Assembly: GCF_964194025.1 (NCBI RefSeq)
Contig: NC_134477.1
Span: 45,446,001 to 45,510,000 of the forward strand
Direction of reading: 5' to 3'
DNA: 64,000 nt
DNA from: Convolutriloba macropyga
Taxonomy: Eukaryota
Of the stretch, positions 13,070-25,994 are shown piece after piece. Under the pieces are notes generated by a model. It was not told the DNA's origin. It saw nothing but the letters and a program-made list of their open reading frames with translations, and searched no databases. Each line of letters starts with the position of its first letter. Position 1 is the first letter of the stretch. A program made the position numbers and the translations under genes.

Positions 13070-13440
13070 AGCCCAAGAAAGGAGAATGATTGACCCTTGT
13101 GAAAAAACAGAGGAAGGCGAGCTTCCGTGATATGCAAAATTTTATCACAACCATGCCACAGATACACTCTTAGGCGTAAAAAATAGTAAATTAAGACAAA
13201 TTTCCAAAATGTGCGTGAGACAACAATGGATAGAGAGTTTTGAAAAATTCATGATTTTTTGAAAGATCAAAAAGTTACTAGCTGTAATATTTGTAATATT
13301 TGATAAAGGGTGTGCTTTTTGTGTTATGAAATGGACCACATTCCCGGATATAGTAAAGGAAATCTCTAGTGCCGGTCAGTTTGAGGCTCGTAATGGAGAA
13401 CATGCCTAAGATGACAAAATAACAATTCACTCTTGAGAAA
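13070..13440 (+). mobile_element. Penelope-like element fragment (region N-terminal to RT)
   Basis: Similar to 13870-14190 (gcgagcttccgt...tatcacaaccatg). Translates to FDKGCAFCVMK...SAGQFE, the DKG motif upstream of PLE RT. Confidence 0.65.
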
Positions 13441-13479
13441 CCAAACGGTAGTGGAGACCTAAATTTCCTACATCTGAGC

Positions 13480-16230
13480 ACCAAGTGGTGTACAGGAGCC
13501 GACAAACTACTTGACCCGAAATAGGAACAAGTTTAAAGCGCATGTATTCTGCCAGCGCACTGGAACCCGTGATTTTTTCAAAGAGCTGTTGAGCACTGGG
13601 ATACTGTTTCTGAGGTTGACAAAGATCCTGATATTGAAACGGAAAATACAGCTGGGAAACTGCAGTATGCTTCAACAGGAACTGGCACGTGAAATGAAGC
13701 CACTGGACATCGTTCTGTGCCACCAAGGCATCCTTAAAGTTTTCCTGAAGACAAAGTTAAAAGATCTTCCGGAACAACAGAAGAAGACGAAAACAAATGT
13801 AAGAAGAGAAGGAGGGGCACAGAAAGAGAAAGTAGCTCCTGAAACATAAGGTTTCATTGCACCCTGTCCGTGAGCGAGCTTCCGTAATGTGCAAAATTCT
13901 ATCACAACCATGGCTCAGATACTTTCACAGGCATAGAAACTGCGGAACACAATAACTAAATTATGTAAAATCTCTACGAATGTACGAAAAAATACCTGAA
14001 ACAACACTGGATAGAGGAGTTGGAAAAATTCATGGTTTTATAAAAAAAAACAAAAAATATCTACTAGCCGAACCATATAAAAAGGGAACAGTTTTGTGTT
14101 GTGAAAGAGACAACATACACGGATAAAATAAAATGACAATTTTAGTGCCCGTTCAGATTGAAGCTCGTATTGGAGAACGTGGCACTCTAACCTTAAAAAC
14201 TGAGGAACTGATAAATAGCAATCTGCATTAAATGATAAAACAGGAAAATATAAGTGGAATATTTTATTAGATAACAATTTAACAGGCTTTATGGACTTGC
14301 TAAAACAAATAAAAACTCTACGCCGATTCGGTCTGTTCTGTCAAAACCCGGTAGCAGTTATGAGAACTTCAATAAGTTTCTGTCTCCATTTTTTCCAGAT
14401 GTTACCAGGTGCAAGTTTTGAGACTAACTTGAAAAGTGTCAGAGCCGAATTTGAAGCGACGAGTTTGAAGGAAGATGATTAAGTAGTATCTCCTTGACGT
14501 TAAAAGCTTGTACAAGAATATACCGGTTGAGTAGGCAATTGAAATTGCACTTAAACAACTTTAGTGCAGTAATGAGGTTCCTGAGAATCCAAGGTCAGCT
14601 TTGAGGAGCCTAGTGCAACTTGCTCCAACGAATGTTCATTTTAAATGTTATGAAGTTTGGTACTCTCAATTGTACGGTTTAGCCACGGGTGCTTCATTGG
14701 CGGTAGTTTTGCCAACTTTGTGAAGGAAATATTTTGAAGACTTCTTACAGAAACCAAATGGGGGAAGGGAGAAGAAACACCTGACAATGCATAAGACCAC
14801 TGCAATCGAGTATAAAAACATACAGGAAATTGTAAGCATCTGTTCCTGTATAAAGAAAAAGGTTTAACCGAGAACACACAAGAATTCAAATCATTTAGGA
14901 AGCATAAAGATGACATAGTCAAGGCAAACCCGATAGATTACCTTGAGTATGCACATTCTCCTCAAAAAAACCTCAATCTCACACTTGAGACACCCAACCG
15001 TAATAGAGACTTGATGCTTCTAGATGTGAACATAAACGTAAACGATGACAGAAAATTTGGCGGTCATTGGTATCGAAAACTAACTGATACCTAAATAATC
15101 CTAAATTTCCGTAGCTCTCCACCGTTACAATATAAGAACAAAGTGATTCAAGGAGCGGTTCATAGGATTTTCCGTGCAGCAAGCGACAATACTTTGACGT
15201 AGCTCTTAAGAAAAATGAGGAGATATGAAACAGTTTTGAACTGAGTGGTCTTCCAGAGTTCCCTTTAATGAGACGTTGGATAAAACAGTCACATGAAAAA
15301 AGGTTACAGAAAAACCCACCAAAATTGAACAACTCAAAACAATTAAAGGTCTTAACAAAAATGAGCTTAAACTGATGATTTTGCTCACTGCAGTGGAAAC
15401 ATAACTCAAATTTTAGCTAGTAGACTGAAAAATTTCGGTGATTTTCAAATCATTTTAAAAACGAGAAAATTAAGAGCTTTCTTGCGCACCCTGTAATCAT
15501 CTTTTGATAAAAATCAGAAATCGCATAAGGTATATAAAGTAACATGTAACGGATATAGTCCCATATTTTTTGTTCAATCGAGCTGACATGTTACAAACAG
15601 TATTTTGGAGCATCAAAAGGAAAAGCCCCCTCTGGGTCAACCCCTCGTTTAATGTTGTGGTACAGCGCTTATTATGGAATTAGATTCCAGATGCCTGTCG
15701 CATTTTGAAAAACAGGTGACAAAAGAAACGATGTTCATCAAAAAGCTAAAACTGAAACTAAATACGCGCGACAAGTACGGGGGCGGTAACTGATATTGAA
15801 GTAATAGTTCGAACACAAAAAAATTGAAATTCAAAAGAATTCTGATACATGTTAACTCGAAATTTTGTCGACCCCAACAAGCAAAGGATAACAACAGATA
15901 GAAACGAAAGTCAATATCATTTTCAGGAATAGAAAAAAATATAACCGGGAACTTCGAAAACTCCGGATTAAAGATTGAAAATAATAGTATTGTACTGAAT
16001 GTGAGTAAACTGTTGTACATATGATTTTAACTGTAAAGAATTTCAAAAGTTTGTTGTTTTTTTTTTTCATTTCTAAGAATTCAATAGATAAAACCATAAA
16101 CAAGTTTCTATACTTTGTAAATAATTTTTTTCGATTGTTAAACTTGACAATGAAGGCAATGAAAAACATTCGTTTTTTTAAATTGAACTTATTTTTAATG
16201 AACAAATCCTTCTTTCCAGCGAAAACCTAA
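13480..16230 (+). mobile_element. Near full-length decayed Penelope-like element
   Basis: SLDVKSLY (~14489), GLATGASLAVVL (~14675), decayed RYVDD (RKHKDDIV, ~14900), GIY-YIG remnant (15510-15800, KLKLKLNTRDKYGG), then a 3' UTR shared with the next copy. Confidence 0.85.
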
Positions 16231-16254
16231 ACGAAGATGGAAAACTTAGCTCTC

Positions 16255-17380
16255 ATAGGCATTAAAGATTGGCTGATACCGGCAAAATCCTAAATTTTTG
16301 TAGTTGTGCACCGTTACAACATAAAATAATAGTGATTCAAGGAAAATTACATAGGACTTTCAGTGCAACCAGTGACTTTCAATCCTTTGGTGTAGCTCTG
16401 GACTGAAAATTGAGATCTGGACTGAAAATCTGTATCTAAATGAGTGGTGTTCCAGTATTATTAAGAAGACGCTGGAAAAATTAGTCACGAAGGAAAAAGT
16501 TACAGCAAAACCATGAACAAATATCTCAAAAAAAAAGTCCCAACAAAAATAAGTTTATATCGATGTTTTCTCTCAGTACTGAATAATCTTAACTTCAAAT
16601 TTTGCAAGTTGACTGGAAAAATTGTGCGATATTATTTTTACAACGAGAAATCATTTTTACAACAAGAAAAATAAAAACTGTCTTGCCCACCCCGAATTCA
16701 CTTTAAAAAATCTGATATCTTATGTGGTATATAAAGTGATATGTAATGAATTCAGTTTCATCTATGTTGGCCAAACCAGCCAACATGTTACCACTAGACT
16801 TTCGGAGCTTCAAATGAAAGACTCTCCAGAGGGGCAACACCTCGTTGAGTGTTTTTGTTCAGCGCATAATGTTGAATGAGAGATTCTAGATAAATGTCTC
16901 GGGGTGTAAAAACTAATGACAATAGAGGTGGTCTTAATCAAAAAGCTGAAACCTGTTGGAGTTCAAAAATTATTTTTGTACGTTAACTCAAAATTTTGTC
17001 AACCCCATCATGTAAAGGATAAAAATTGAAAGGAATGAAAGTAAAAAACTCAGGAATAGAAAACAATATACCAGGAATAATTTCAGGAATAGAAAACAAT
17101 ATACCAGGGATATTCTAAAAATCCGGGATAAAGATTGAACTAGTTTTTAATGTAAAGAATAAATAAAATGTTGTAAAAACGATTTTAACTGTAAATCATT
17201 ACCTTTTTTGTTTTTATTCTAACTCATATCTTGAATTTTTATAATCAGAGTCAACGACAAGTTCAAATACTTCGTAATTAATTTCATTCGATTGTTGAAT
17301 CTGACGATGAACGCAATGTTTGAAAACGTTTTTTTATCAATTTAGTTTTTAGTTGGTTGACAATTGCTTCTTCTCTGCAC
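16255..17380 (+). mobile_element. 3' fragment of a related Penelope-like element (thumb + GIY-YIG + 3' UTR)
   Basis: Collinear with 15063-16230. ORF 16622-16879 reads SYVVYKVICNEFSFIYVGQTSQHVTTRLSEL (GIY-YIG). Confidence 0.85.
17296..17336 (+). ncRNA. Decayed minimal type-I hammerhead-like motif in the Penelope 3' UTR
   Basis: CTGACGA-T-GAAC-gcaat-GTTT-GAAA-ACGTT at 17301-17330: core boxes, a stem II and a palindromic AACGTT stem III. A more decayed homolog sits at the same UTR position at 16140-16176. Neither copy is intact. Confidence 0.5.
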
Positions 17381-17559
17381 CATAATGAATAACTTATGCG
17401 AAACGATCAATGCGTGGTCACAGTTTTGAGCATTGGAACCCACTTGACTCAATCCATGAAACAAAAATCAACTATGGTCTAGACCAATACAAAGAAACTC
17501 AAAAAGAGCAAACTCACTATCTCAATTCGCAAAGACCATCACAACACCAAGTCATAATG

Positions 17560-18000
17560 TTTTTTTTAAGGTGTAATTCAATGGTTAGGAAATTGATGAC
17601 ATTTTCACGAAAACAAAAACTCATTCGTATAGCAAATCTCAGAAAGATTTTAACTGTTGCCAAAGAATAACAGTGGGCAAGAGTAGCCCCAGCATATCGT
17701 GCACAAGGAAAAGCAACACAAAGGTTTTTTTGAAGCACCAAGATCAGAGAAACAAGCTGACTATCTTGGCTCTCTGACGTCTGGCCACAACCCATCCACC
17801 ACCACACATTAAGTATTAATTTATTGCGGAACATCGAACAAAGGCAAACAAGAAATGAGGGATCTCGGCCTTTGCCAGTTTCATTCAATGATATGTAAAG
17901 CGAGGTAACTATTTAAAAATTGTATTTGATGTATAACTTTGCACAAAAAGGACACCTTTACAGTGATTAATTCAAATTTCATTCGATAGCATTTCAAAGT
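17560..18000 (-). mobile_element. Partial copy of the LINE/Penelope chimeric repeat unit
   Basis: ORF 17517-17888 shares WMGCGQTSESQ with 19911-20177 and 24500-24799. Confidence 0.75.
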
Positions 18001-18019
18001 TGACAAAAAGGATAAATTG

Positions 18020-18360
18020 AGAGTGGGGCTGATGTAGGAGGGCAGGAGGAGGTATGTGATGTGGTGATGGGGGGATCAAATTCTAATAGCCGCATTTCCA
18101 CAAGTATAGGTCTGTAAAACAGTTTCTTTGAATCTCATACCTATAGACTAGTGAGCAGAAAGGCCCTAGGAACGCTTAATGCTCGCAGGGCGTTGCACTT
18201 TTATCCCCCGTTTTAGGACGAAAACTCAAATAGGACACACAAAAAATTAGACAAACAAAGTACTGCCTAAAAAAGACAGGAAGACTAATTTTGCGACAAG
18301 ACTAAAAAGGCAATAGGACTAAAATAAATGTTACAAATTTTTTTTGAGAGCAATTAAAAA
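18020..18360 (-). mobile_element. HINE/DINE-1-like element, family 1 (3' truncated)
   Basis: Reverse complement of the family-1 5' end (gagagcaattaaaaa at 18346-18360), with body matching 51102-51400 and 53089-53400. Confidence 0.7.
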
Positions 18361-19189
18361 GATAAAACTAAAAAGCCATGTAGAAACCACTGATTGGAAG
18401 TTTAAAAAGTGTTATGGGTTCTAAACAACTCTTTTTTAAATTTAAGTTAACCATCAGTTTAAACAATTCTAGAGAAAATTTAAAAAATTATTATTGTCTA
18501 ATATTCTAGTCGAGACAATTAGTCGCTCGGATATAATAAAGGTCTGTAACTTTATTTTTGATTGAAGTTAAGAACATTCTTAGTGACACTCTATGTTCAA
18601 TCTCCTGCCAATGTTTGCCAAACTTCGACAAGTGTTAGTAATGTTATTGACAAGAAAGCTCATCTAGCTTAAAACTAAGTAGATCTTATGATCTAGCAAT
18701 TTTTGGCATAAACGACTACGTTGTTAAAATTTTAATCTAATCTGAGCCAACTGCTCTATGTAACAACTTCTATTTGTTCAAAATACTACATGGCTGCATT
18801 ATTCAAGCAATAGGGTGAAATCAAATGATGGTGAAAAGCAAAAGGTAAATATTATTTATAACAACCTTGTTTCTTGTCAATGATAGGTTAATTAAGCAAT
18901 GACTTAATTCAATGTTATTTATTACAGGTAAAATTATTACAATATTTGCTTTTGTTGACATGAGCATGAATGTTTGTTTCGAAGAATTATGTTTCTCAAA
19001 TTTATGGCATTTGATCTCTAATGAAATACCAATTTAACATTAAATAACCTATTTAAAAATTTAAACAATTAATGACAAGATATCAAAAGTTACTATTTTT
19101 TGCACGCTGTAAGTGCTAAAAGTCACAATTTTGGGTTTGATGCAATAACGTTCGTAGAGTGCATGAATAGTTTAGAGGTTACTCTTTAA

Positions 19190-19525
19190 CACTGGATCCC
19201 TTGGTGGGGGTGCAGTGGGGGGATCATAGGGGGATGGTTTCAAACTCTAAGACCTACCCTTCACAGCGTCAGTATAGGACTCCAAAAAAGTTTAGGTGAG
19301 TCGCATACCTAGAGACTAATGAGCAGAGAGGCTCTAAAAGTGTTTAATGCAGGCTGGGTGTTACCTGTTTACCCCCCTTTTTAGAAGGAAAACTCAAAAA
19401 AACAGACGAAAAATTGGACAAGCGAAAAATTGCATAAGTAAGACAGGATTAATGTGGCGGCAAGACTAATAATGCAACAGGACATTTATAATTTTTACAA
19501 ACTTCGTTTGAGAGCAATTAAAAAT
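19190..19525 (-). mobile_element. HINE/DINE-1-like element, family 1 (3' truncated)
   Basis: acaaacttcgtttgagagcaattaaaa at ~19497-19524 and a collinear body, as for 18020-18360. Confidence 0.7.
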
Positions 19526-19779
19526 TTGAAATTAAAATGCCATGTAGAAACAAATGATTTCAATTTTTAACAAACGTTATGAGTTCTATAATTTTTTTTT
19601 CAAATTTAGGTTAACCATCAGTTTAGGCAATTCTAGGAATTACCTAAGAGTTATTTTTGAGAAATATTTACCTATACACAATAATCAGTATATCTACAAT
19701 TTCCTAATTTCTTCATCAATTGTTTTCTTTAAATATTTCTGCTTTCTGTTCATTTTTTTAATTCTCTTGTTTGTAGGGT

Positions 19780-22700
19780 AATTCAGATTTTTGCCCCAAC
19801 CCTAGGCATGATTTTTGTTGCGGTTTTGCAAATTTTGTTTTACCTCACACAAAATATATTTTCAACTCTAATTTCCAGTCAAAATGATGATTTGTACTAA
19901 TAATTTAGCGTTATTTTTGCCCCGATAATCGTCGCATATTTAGCTCTGGCTTCGTCAGTCTGAAGTATATAGCTTCGATGCGCACATTTTTTTCTACAGT
20001 TGCTGGGCACAACCTCTGCACTTTGTTACACTCAGCATAGCTTCCGAAAGGAAAAAAACTCAACAGCCTTTCGTGAAACAACGGCTCCAGAAGAGCAAGC
20101 TGATTAGCTTGGCTCTCTGACGTCTGGCCACAGCCCATCCAACACCATACCAATAATATTAACTGAAAACGGAACACCGCACAAACGCAAACAAGAAATG
20201 CGGGATCAAAGAACTCCGTTACTCATTAAACGTTACAAACTCCGTTTGAGAGCAATTAAAAACATAAAACTAAAACTCCATGTAGAAGCCATTGATTGAA
20301 ATGTTTAAAAAACATTATGAGTTCTAAACAATTCCTTTGCCAGTTTTTTCCAATGAACGGTAAAGTCAAGCGACTATCTAAAAAGCATTTGATTTAAAAT
20401 TTTCCTCAAAAGCACACGTTTACAGTAATTGATTTGAACTTCGTTCGATAGCAATTTGGAACAACGGAGAGAGGATGGGCAACCAATTGTTGCGTAAAAA
20501 ACTCTGGTTAAAATCACAGCAAGTTGGTTTTATTTACGCTGAAGCCATTCACTGCTGTGAAAATTTAGTACTATTCCCATTTCAGTTGGTGTTCAAATAC
20601 CAATGAACGTAGGTCCTTTGATATTAAGAAAAACCAAGTTTCCTTCGTCGTTCTCGTTTTCTAAGTCAACACACAACTTTTGGGTCAATAGCTTTCCAAG
20701 GACCTCTTTGGTACAGAGGAGAACGGTAATTCCTCTATAATTGGAGATGTCTTGTTTTTCTCCACTTTTTGTAGATGATCACAACCTCTTCTGTTTTCGA
20801 CTCAACTAAAAATACACGATTGTTTGCAATAATAATTAAAACAATTTTCAGCGGCTTGCAGAGAACGTTTGTCTTCTGCTTCAGAAACAGGTTGCCTAAT
20901 CCATCTTCAACCCTAGTCTTGATCCTCTCTAGTTAAGCGAGTAACTCCTTGCTATCTTGCTCAGAAAAATGAACTTTTTGCAGAGTGCTTATAGGAGAAA
21001 CCTTTGCTAACCTTTCTCTTGTAAGCACTCTTAGAGAAAATGGAGTGAAAGTAGGTATTGAACAGTTGTGCTTTAGCCAAGCCGTCAGAAGCTTGTGTGT
21101 TCTCAAAATAAATATGAGAAAGTAAACACCATTGTTATTAGAGAATATGGCACTGTGAAACAGATTTTGTTCGAAGCTGAGTTTATCCTTTTCAAGGATG
21201 ATTTTCAGGTCATCTGGTAACTTTTTTAAGTTTTGGTTTCAATCTTGGTTGATGGGACATCTTTCCAAGAATGTTCTTCAATTTAATCAATCTCGAATTT
21301 TTGGTTGAAACCCACGTAGCTATTTTCATGCGATGTTTTGTTTTCCTGGGAAAAGTTTAGTTCATCGTATTAAATAAACATTCATACTAAAGTTCTAGTA
21401 CAACATTCATACTAAAGCTGTACGGTTGGAATGGACAATCGATAATGCTTTCGATATAAAAATATGTCATTCCCATTTTTTGTTATTGAGTTTCTATTAC
21501 TGCCATTGAAACCACTATAGAGGTCGCCTTTGTTCCGTCAGTTAGATGGATCCTACTCCATTTGTTACTATTCTTTGATCTTTACTTTGCTCTTTGATGT
21601 GGCTGTTTCTCCAATTGGGACAGTACTGAAACAGTTAGCTTTGAAGCACTCTACAAACAAGACTGCTATTCTGCTATTATGTCATCTGAGAACAAAGCAG
21701 TTCCGCTCCTATTTGCTTCAAACCCTGCATCCGAGCTGCTAGGACATGTGGTCAACGAAATTGATGTTCTAAGAGTATCTTTTGAAAAAAAGGAGGTCTC
21801 ATTTTATTACGTATACATGAGCGTTTTTGAAATATTTTCAAGTTTGTTACCCATTCGCTGCTTTTTTGTTCATCATTTGTCTTAATATTTAACTTGGAAA
21901 ATAAAAACGCTTTATTTAGAGATAGAGCAGGGGAGACACTATACAAGGCTGTCTTGAACCATTATTGGCGACAACTGCTTTTAATTTTTCCTTTTTTCAT
22001 TCATTGGTCGATTTTGCGCGATCTTCGAAAGGCGTTGTAGTCCATATCAACAGTTTTGTGTAATCTTAATTTGCCCTAGACTTGAGCATCCGTTTTGTTG
22101 CAGTTTTGAACATTTTGTTTTTCCATAAACAAAATACGTTTTCAGTTATAAATTTCGGTCAATATTATGATTTGCACTAATAGTTTAGCGTAATGTTTTG
22201 CCCGATAATTGTCCCATGTTTAGCACTGGCTTCAACACTATGAAACATATTTTTTGATGCTTCCAACTTTTTCTACAGTACACGCAACAGCAATTCCATT
22301 CAATGCTACTCGTGGAGCCATTTTTTTGAGCAAGTTGCTAACACAACTATGAAACCTTTTTTCGATGTTCTGATATCATAGTTCTAACCTAATAGGTTGT
22401 CTGCCCCAGCATATAGTGCAAAAGGAAAAATAACTCGAAGGCTTTTTGTGAAACACCGGCATCAAAAAAGCAAGCTGATTAGCTTGAATCTCAGAAGTCT
22501 GGCCACAGCCCATCTAACACCAAAAAAATGGTAACTGAAAACGGGAAACCGCACCAACACAAACAAGAAATGTGGGAGTAAAAAACAATCTCGGCCTTTG
22601 CCAGCTTCTCACAATGAACGTTATAGTCAAGCAACTATCTAAAAAAGATTTCATTTACAGCTTTGCACGAAAAGATCAAGTTTACAGCCATTACTTCAAA

Positions 22701-25700
22701 TTTCGTTCGATGGCAATTGCGAGCAACTGTGGGAGGTTGGGCAACTAATTGTTGCGTAACAAACCCGGTTAAAAAATAACAGCAAGTAGGTTTTTTATGC
22801 TGAAGCAAGGCACTGCTGTGAACATTCAGAAACATTCCTGTGTCAGTTGGTTATCAAATACCAATAAACTTAGGTCTTATTGTCATTGTTAACATTCAGT
22901 TTGATATTAGGAAAAGCCGAGTTTCCTTTGTTGTTCACTTTTCTAAGTCATTATAATACTTTTCGAACAATAGAATTCCAAGGACCTCCTAGGTACAGGC
23001 GATAACGCTACTTCCTCTATAGTTGAGGACGTTTTGTCTATTTCTATTTTTTGTAGATTGGCACAACTTCTGCTGTTTTCCAGACAATTAGAGTCACTTG
23101 CTTGTTCGCAATAGTGTTGAAAACAATTCTCAGTCAATTGAAGAGAACATTGGTCACAGGTTGCCTAATCCGCTTTCATCCTTAGCTTTTGTCCGGTCTA
23201 TTTGCTCGAGTAAACCTTTGCTTTCATAATCAGAAAAAAGAAACTGTCGCGCAGACGTTGCAAGTTCCGTTCGCTAATGTTTCTCTTATAAGCACTCTTA
23301 GAGAATATTGAGTGGAAAAGTAGGTATTGGACAGTTATACTTAAGCCAAGCAATCAGAATCTTGTGTGTTCCCAAAATACGTTTGAGAAAGTAAACTGCT
23401 TTGTTTTATTTTTACCTATCTTAGATACTTCTCGATGTTAGATAAGATGTCACTGAGAAACACATCTTTTTGAAACCGAGTTTATGCTATTTCAGGCTGA
23501 CTTTCAGGTCTTTTGATGGCTTTTTTGAGCTTTGTTTTTGGTCTTGGTTAATGGGAGGTCTTTTCAAGAGTGTTCTTCCTTTTAACCAATCAGAAAGTTA
23601 GATCTTTGATCTGAAACCCACGTAACAAATTTCATACGATGTTTCAATTTCCTCCAAAAGTTTGAATTCATCAGTTTTAAGCAACCTTTCATACCAAAAA
23701 TCTAGTACAACATTGACTTCACTAATGCAGTTGAAATGGACATTCAATAATTGTTTCCATTTATAAGTATGTCACTCCTATTTTTTTTTGGAATTGAGTC
23801 TTTATTACTGCGATTGAAACCACTATAGATTTGGCCCTTTGTTCCGTCTTTTCGTGGGATCCTACCCCTTTGTTACCATACTGTGATCTTGATTTCGCTC
23901 TTTGATGTCACTGTACCTCCAATATGTAGGGTGCTGAACCAATTAGTTTTGAAGCACTCTATGAACAAGACTGCTGTGCCGCTATTATGACTTCTGAAAA
24001 CAAAACAATTCCGTACTTAATTATTGCCAACCCCACATCCTAGGTGCTAGAACGCTATGGTCATTAAATTTGACGTTATAGGAGTAGTATTTGAAGAATG
24101 GCCGATCTCAGCTTAACACGTATACATGAGCGTTTTGTTAATGTTTTCATGCTTGTTGTCCCTTCTCTGTTTTTTTCTGTTTTCTGTTTGTCTTAATATT
24201 TAGGAAAAACGCTTTATTTTGAAACAGAGCTGGGGAGACAGTAAAGAAGGCTATTTCAACACATTGTTGGCGACAGTTTTTTTTTTAATTTTCCTTTTTT
24301 CCCTTTCATAGGTCAGGGTTGCTCGATTTCTGAACAGCGTTGGATTCCATGTCGTAATTTGTGTGTAATCTTAATTTGCCCTAGCCCTAAGCATCTGTTT
24401 TGCTGCGGTTTTGCACATTTCGTTTTTCCATACACAAAATACGTTTTTCGCCATAAATTTCAGTCAAAATTATGATTTGCAATAATAATTTAGCGTAATT
24501 TATTGCCCGATAATCGTTCCATATTCAGCTCTGGCTTCAACACTATGAAGCATATATTTTTGGTAATTCCGATTTTTTCTACAGTACACGCATCCGCAAT
24601 TCCATTCAACGCTACTCGCGGAGGAATTTTTTTGAGCAAGGTGCCAACACAACTTTGAAATCTTTTTCGATGTTCTGATATCATAATTCAAACCTAATGG
24701 CTCATCTGCCCAGCATATATTGCCAAGAGTAAAATAACTCAAAGGCTTCATAAAAGCAAGCTGATTAGCTTGGCTCTCTAAATTCTGGCCACAACCCATC
24801 TAACACCACAAAATTAATATTAACTGGAAACAGAACACCGCACAAATCCAAACAAGAATTGCAGGATTAAAAACATCTTGGCATTTGCCAGTTTCTTCCA
24901 CTGAATGGTAATGTCAAGCAACTATCTAAAAGCACTTGATGTATAACTTTGCACAAAATGAACACATTTGAAGCAATTACTTCAAACTTCGTTCGATAGC
25001 AATTGGGGGCAACGGTGGGAGGGTGGGCAACTAAATGTTGCGTAAAAATCCTTGTTTAAAATCACAGATCACAGCAAGTAGGTTTTTTTTCTACGCTGAA
25101 GCAATGCACTGCTTTGAAAATTCGGTAATATTTCTGTGTCAGTTGGTGTTCAATTAGCAATGAACGTAGGTCTTATTGTCATTGTTCTCATTCAGATTGA
25201 CATTTAAAAAAGCCGAGTCTCTTTCGTCGTTCACTTTTTTTAAGTCAGCATACAACCTCTTGAACAGTAGATTTCCATGAAGCTCGTAGGTACATGAGAT
25301 AAAGCTTATTTCCTCTATAGTTGGATATGTCTTGTTTTCTACACTTTTTGTAGATGGAGACAACCTCTACTGTTTTCCAATCAACTAGAAACACATGTTT
25401 GTTTGCAATAGTGTTGAAAACATGTCTCAGTCAATTGAAGAGAACATTGGTCACAGGTTGCCTAATCCGCTTTCACCCCAAGCCTAAATCCCGTATAATT
25501 GCTTAAGTACATGTTTGTTATCATGCTCAGAAAATGATCTTCCTGCAGTCGTTGCAAGTTCCGTTCGCTGATGTTTCTCTTACAAGCACTATTTAGAGAA
25601 AATAGAGTAGAAGTAGGTATTGAAAAGTTTTGCTTTAATCAAGCCGTCAGTAGCTTGTGTGTTCTAAAAAAATGTGAAAAAGTAAACTGTTTTGTTCTTC

Positions 25701-25937
25701 GAGAAGACGTCACAGTGAAACAGGTCTTTTTCGAAGCTCACCTTATCCTATTCAAGACTGGTTTTCAGGTCTTCTGGTATTTTTTGGTTTCGGTCTTAAT
25801 TAATGGGAGATCTTTCCAAGACTGATCTCAGTTGAATCAAGTTAGAATTTGGGTTGGAAACTCACGTAGCTATTTTCATGCGATCTTTTGTTTTCCTGCG
25901 AAATGTTGAGTCCATCAGCTTAAATAACCATTCATAC
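19780..25937 (-). repeat. Tandem ~2.3-kb units of a decayed chimera: CR1/Jockey-group LINE ORF2 relic fused to a Penelope GIY-YIG tail
   Basis: The GIY-YIG-ending KPELN segment followed by tacgctaaa recurs near 19910, 22190 and 24490. Upstream on the minus strand are KAQLFNTYFHSIFS and DGLGNLFLK...LCKPL, LINE ORF2 pre-RT motifs. The third unit is interrupted at 25937 and resumes at 29960. Confidence 0.75.
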
Positions 25938-25986
<49 letters not shown>

Positions 25987-25994
25987 TTTATTAT
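25938..25994. repeat. (TAT)n microsatellite, the 3' tail of the LINE
   Basis: Direct trinucleotide run at the LINE 3' end. Confidence 0.95.
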
